DNA of 64,000 nt from an uncultured Gammaproteobacteria bacterium (GTDB lineage Bacteria > Patescibacteriota > Patescibacteriia > Magasanikbacterales > GWA2-37-8). The stretch lies in the NCBI GenBank assembly GCA_964634875.1, contig CAZWKA010000005.1, forward strand, positions 27,167 through 91,166. Direction: 5' to 3'. The notes under the pieces are model-generated. The model was not told the origin of the DNA. It saw only the letters and a list, made by a program, of their open reading frames with translations, and did no database searches. This document shows, piece by piece, positions 63,948 through 64,000 of this stretch (position 1 is the first letter of the stretch; each line of letters starts with the position of its first letter). Position numbers and translations under genes: made by a program.

Positions 63948-64000
63948 AGAAAGTTGTTAAAGTATTCAATACAGTGTACCACGGGTTAAAAATAAAAACA

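Overview
This 64-kb window appears to come from a small-genome, moderately AT-rich bacterium. Operons are compact and translationally coupled, with ATGA start/stop overlaps and recurring TTGxxx-17-TATACT promoters. The gene content (murJ, a VirD4-like ATPase, a lysine-rich RpoD N-terminus, many membrane-anchored hypotheticals) suggests Patescibacteria/CPR, but that is inference only. Most of the window is housekeeping: dnaJ, rnhA, murA, ctpA-like, era, rplI, pyrG, recJ, lepA, murJ, a beta-CASP RNase, mraZ-rsmH-ftsL-like plus an MraY/WecA-family gene, rplU, recR-ybaB, dnaB, a HIT protein, proS, a glutaredoxin, a cysteine desulfurase, dnaG-rpoD, murG, msrA and gpmA. Five accessory regions stand out. 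(1) A visibly GC-rich island of three lipoprotein genes at 2.3-5.7 kb, separated by AT-rich spacers that share a conserved ~35-bp palindromic element, with an ECF sigma/anti-sigma pair immediately downstream. (2) A ~11-kb cell-surface glycosylation locus at 15.6-27.2 kb: a sugar transferase, S8 protease, UXS-like dehydratase, GT2, GT4 and methyltransferase genes, and a secreted protein made of five tandem CxxC-containing Ig/FN3-like repeats. (3) A membrane-anchored SNase nuclease next to an orphan VirD4/TraD-like P-loop ATPase with a ~300-aa Pro/Gln-rich tail, at 46.1-49.3 kb. (4) An msrA, FMN-binding lipoprotein, ApbE flavin transferase and polytopic-membrane/FNR-fusion oxidoreductase module at 58.1-61.8 kb, which I consider the best candidate for an undescribed extracytoplasmic flavin-based electron-transfer system. 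(5) A second GC-rich orphan gene at 62.0-63.1 kb. I recognised no rRNA, tRNA, CRISPR array, transposase or integrase. I could not run any computation; all GC-content statements are by eye.
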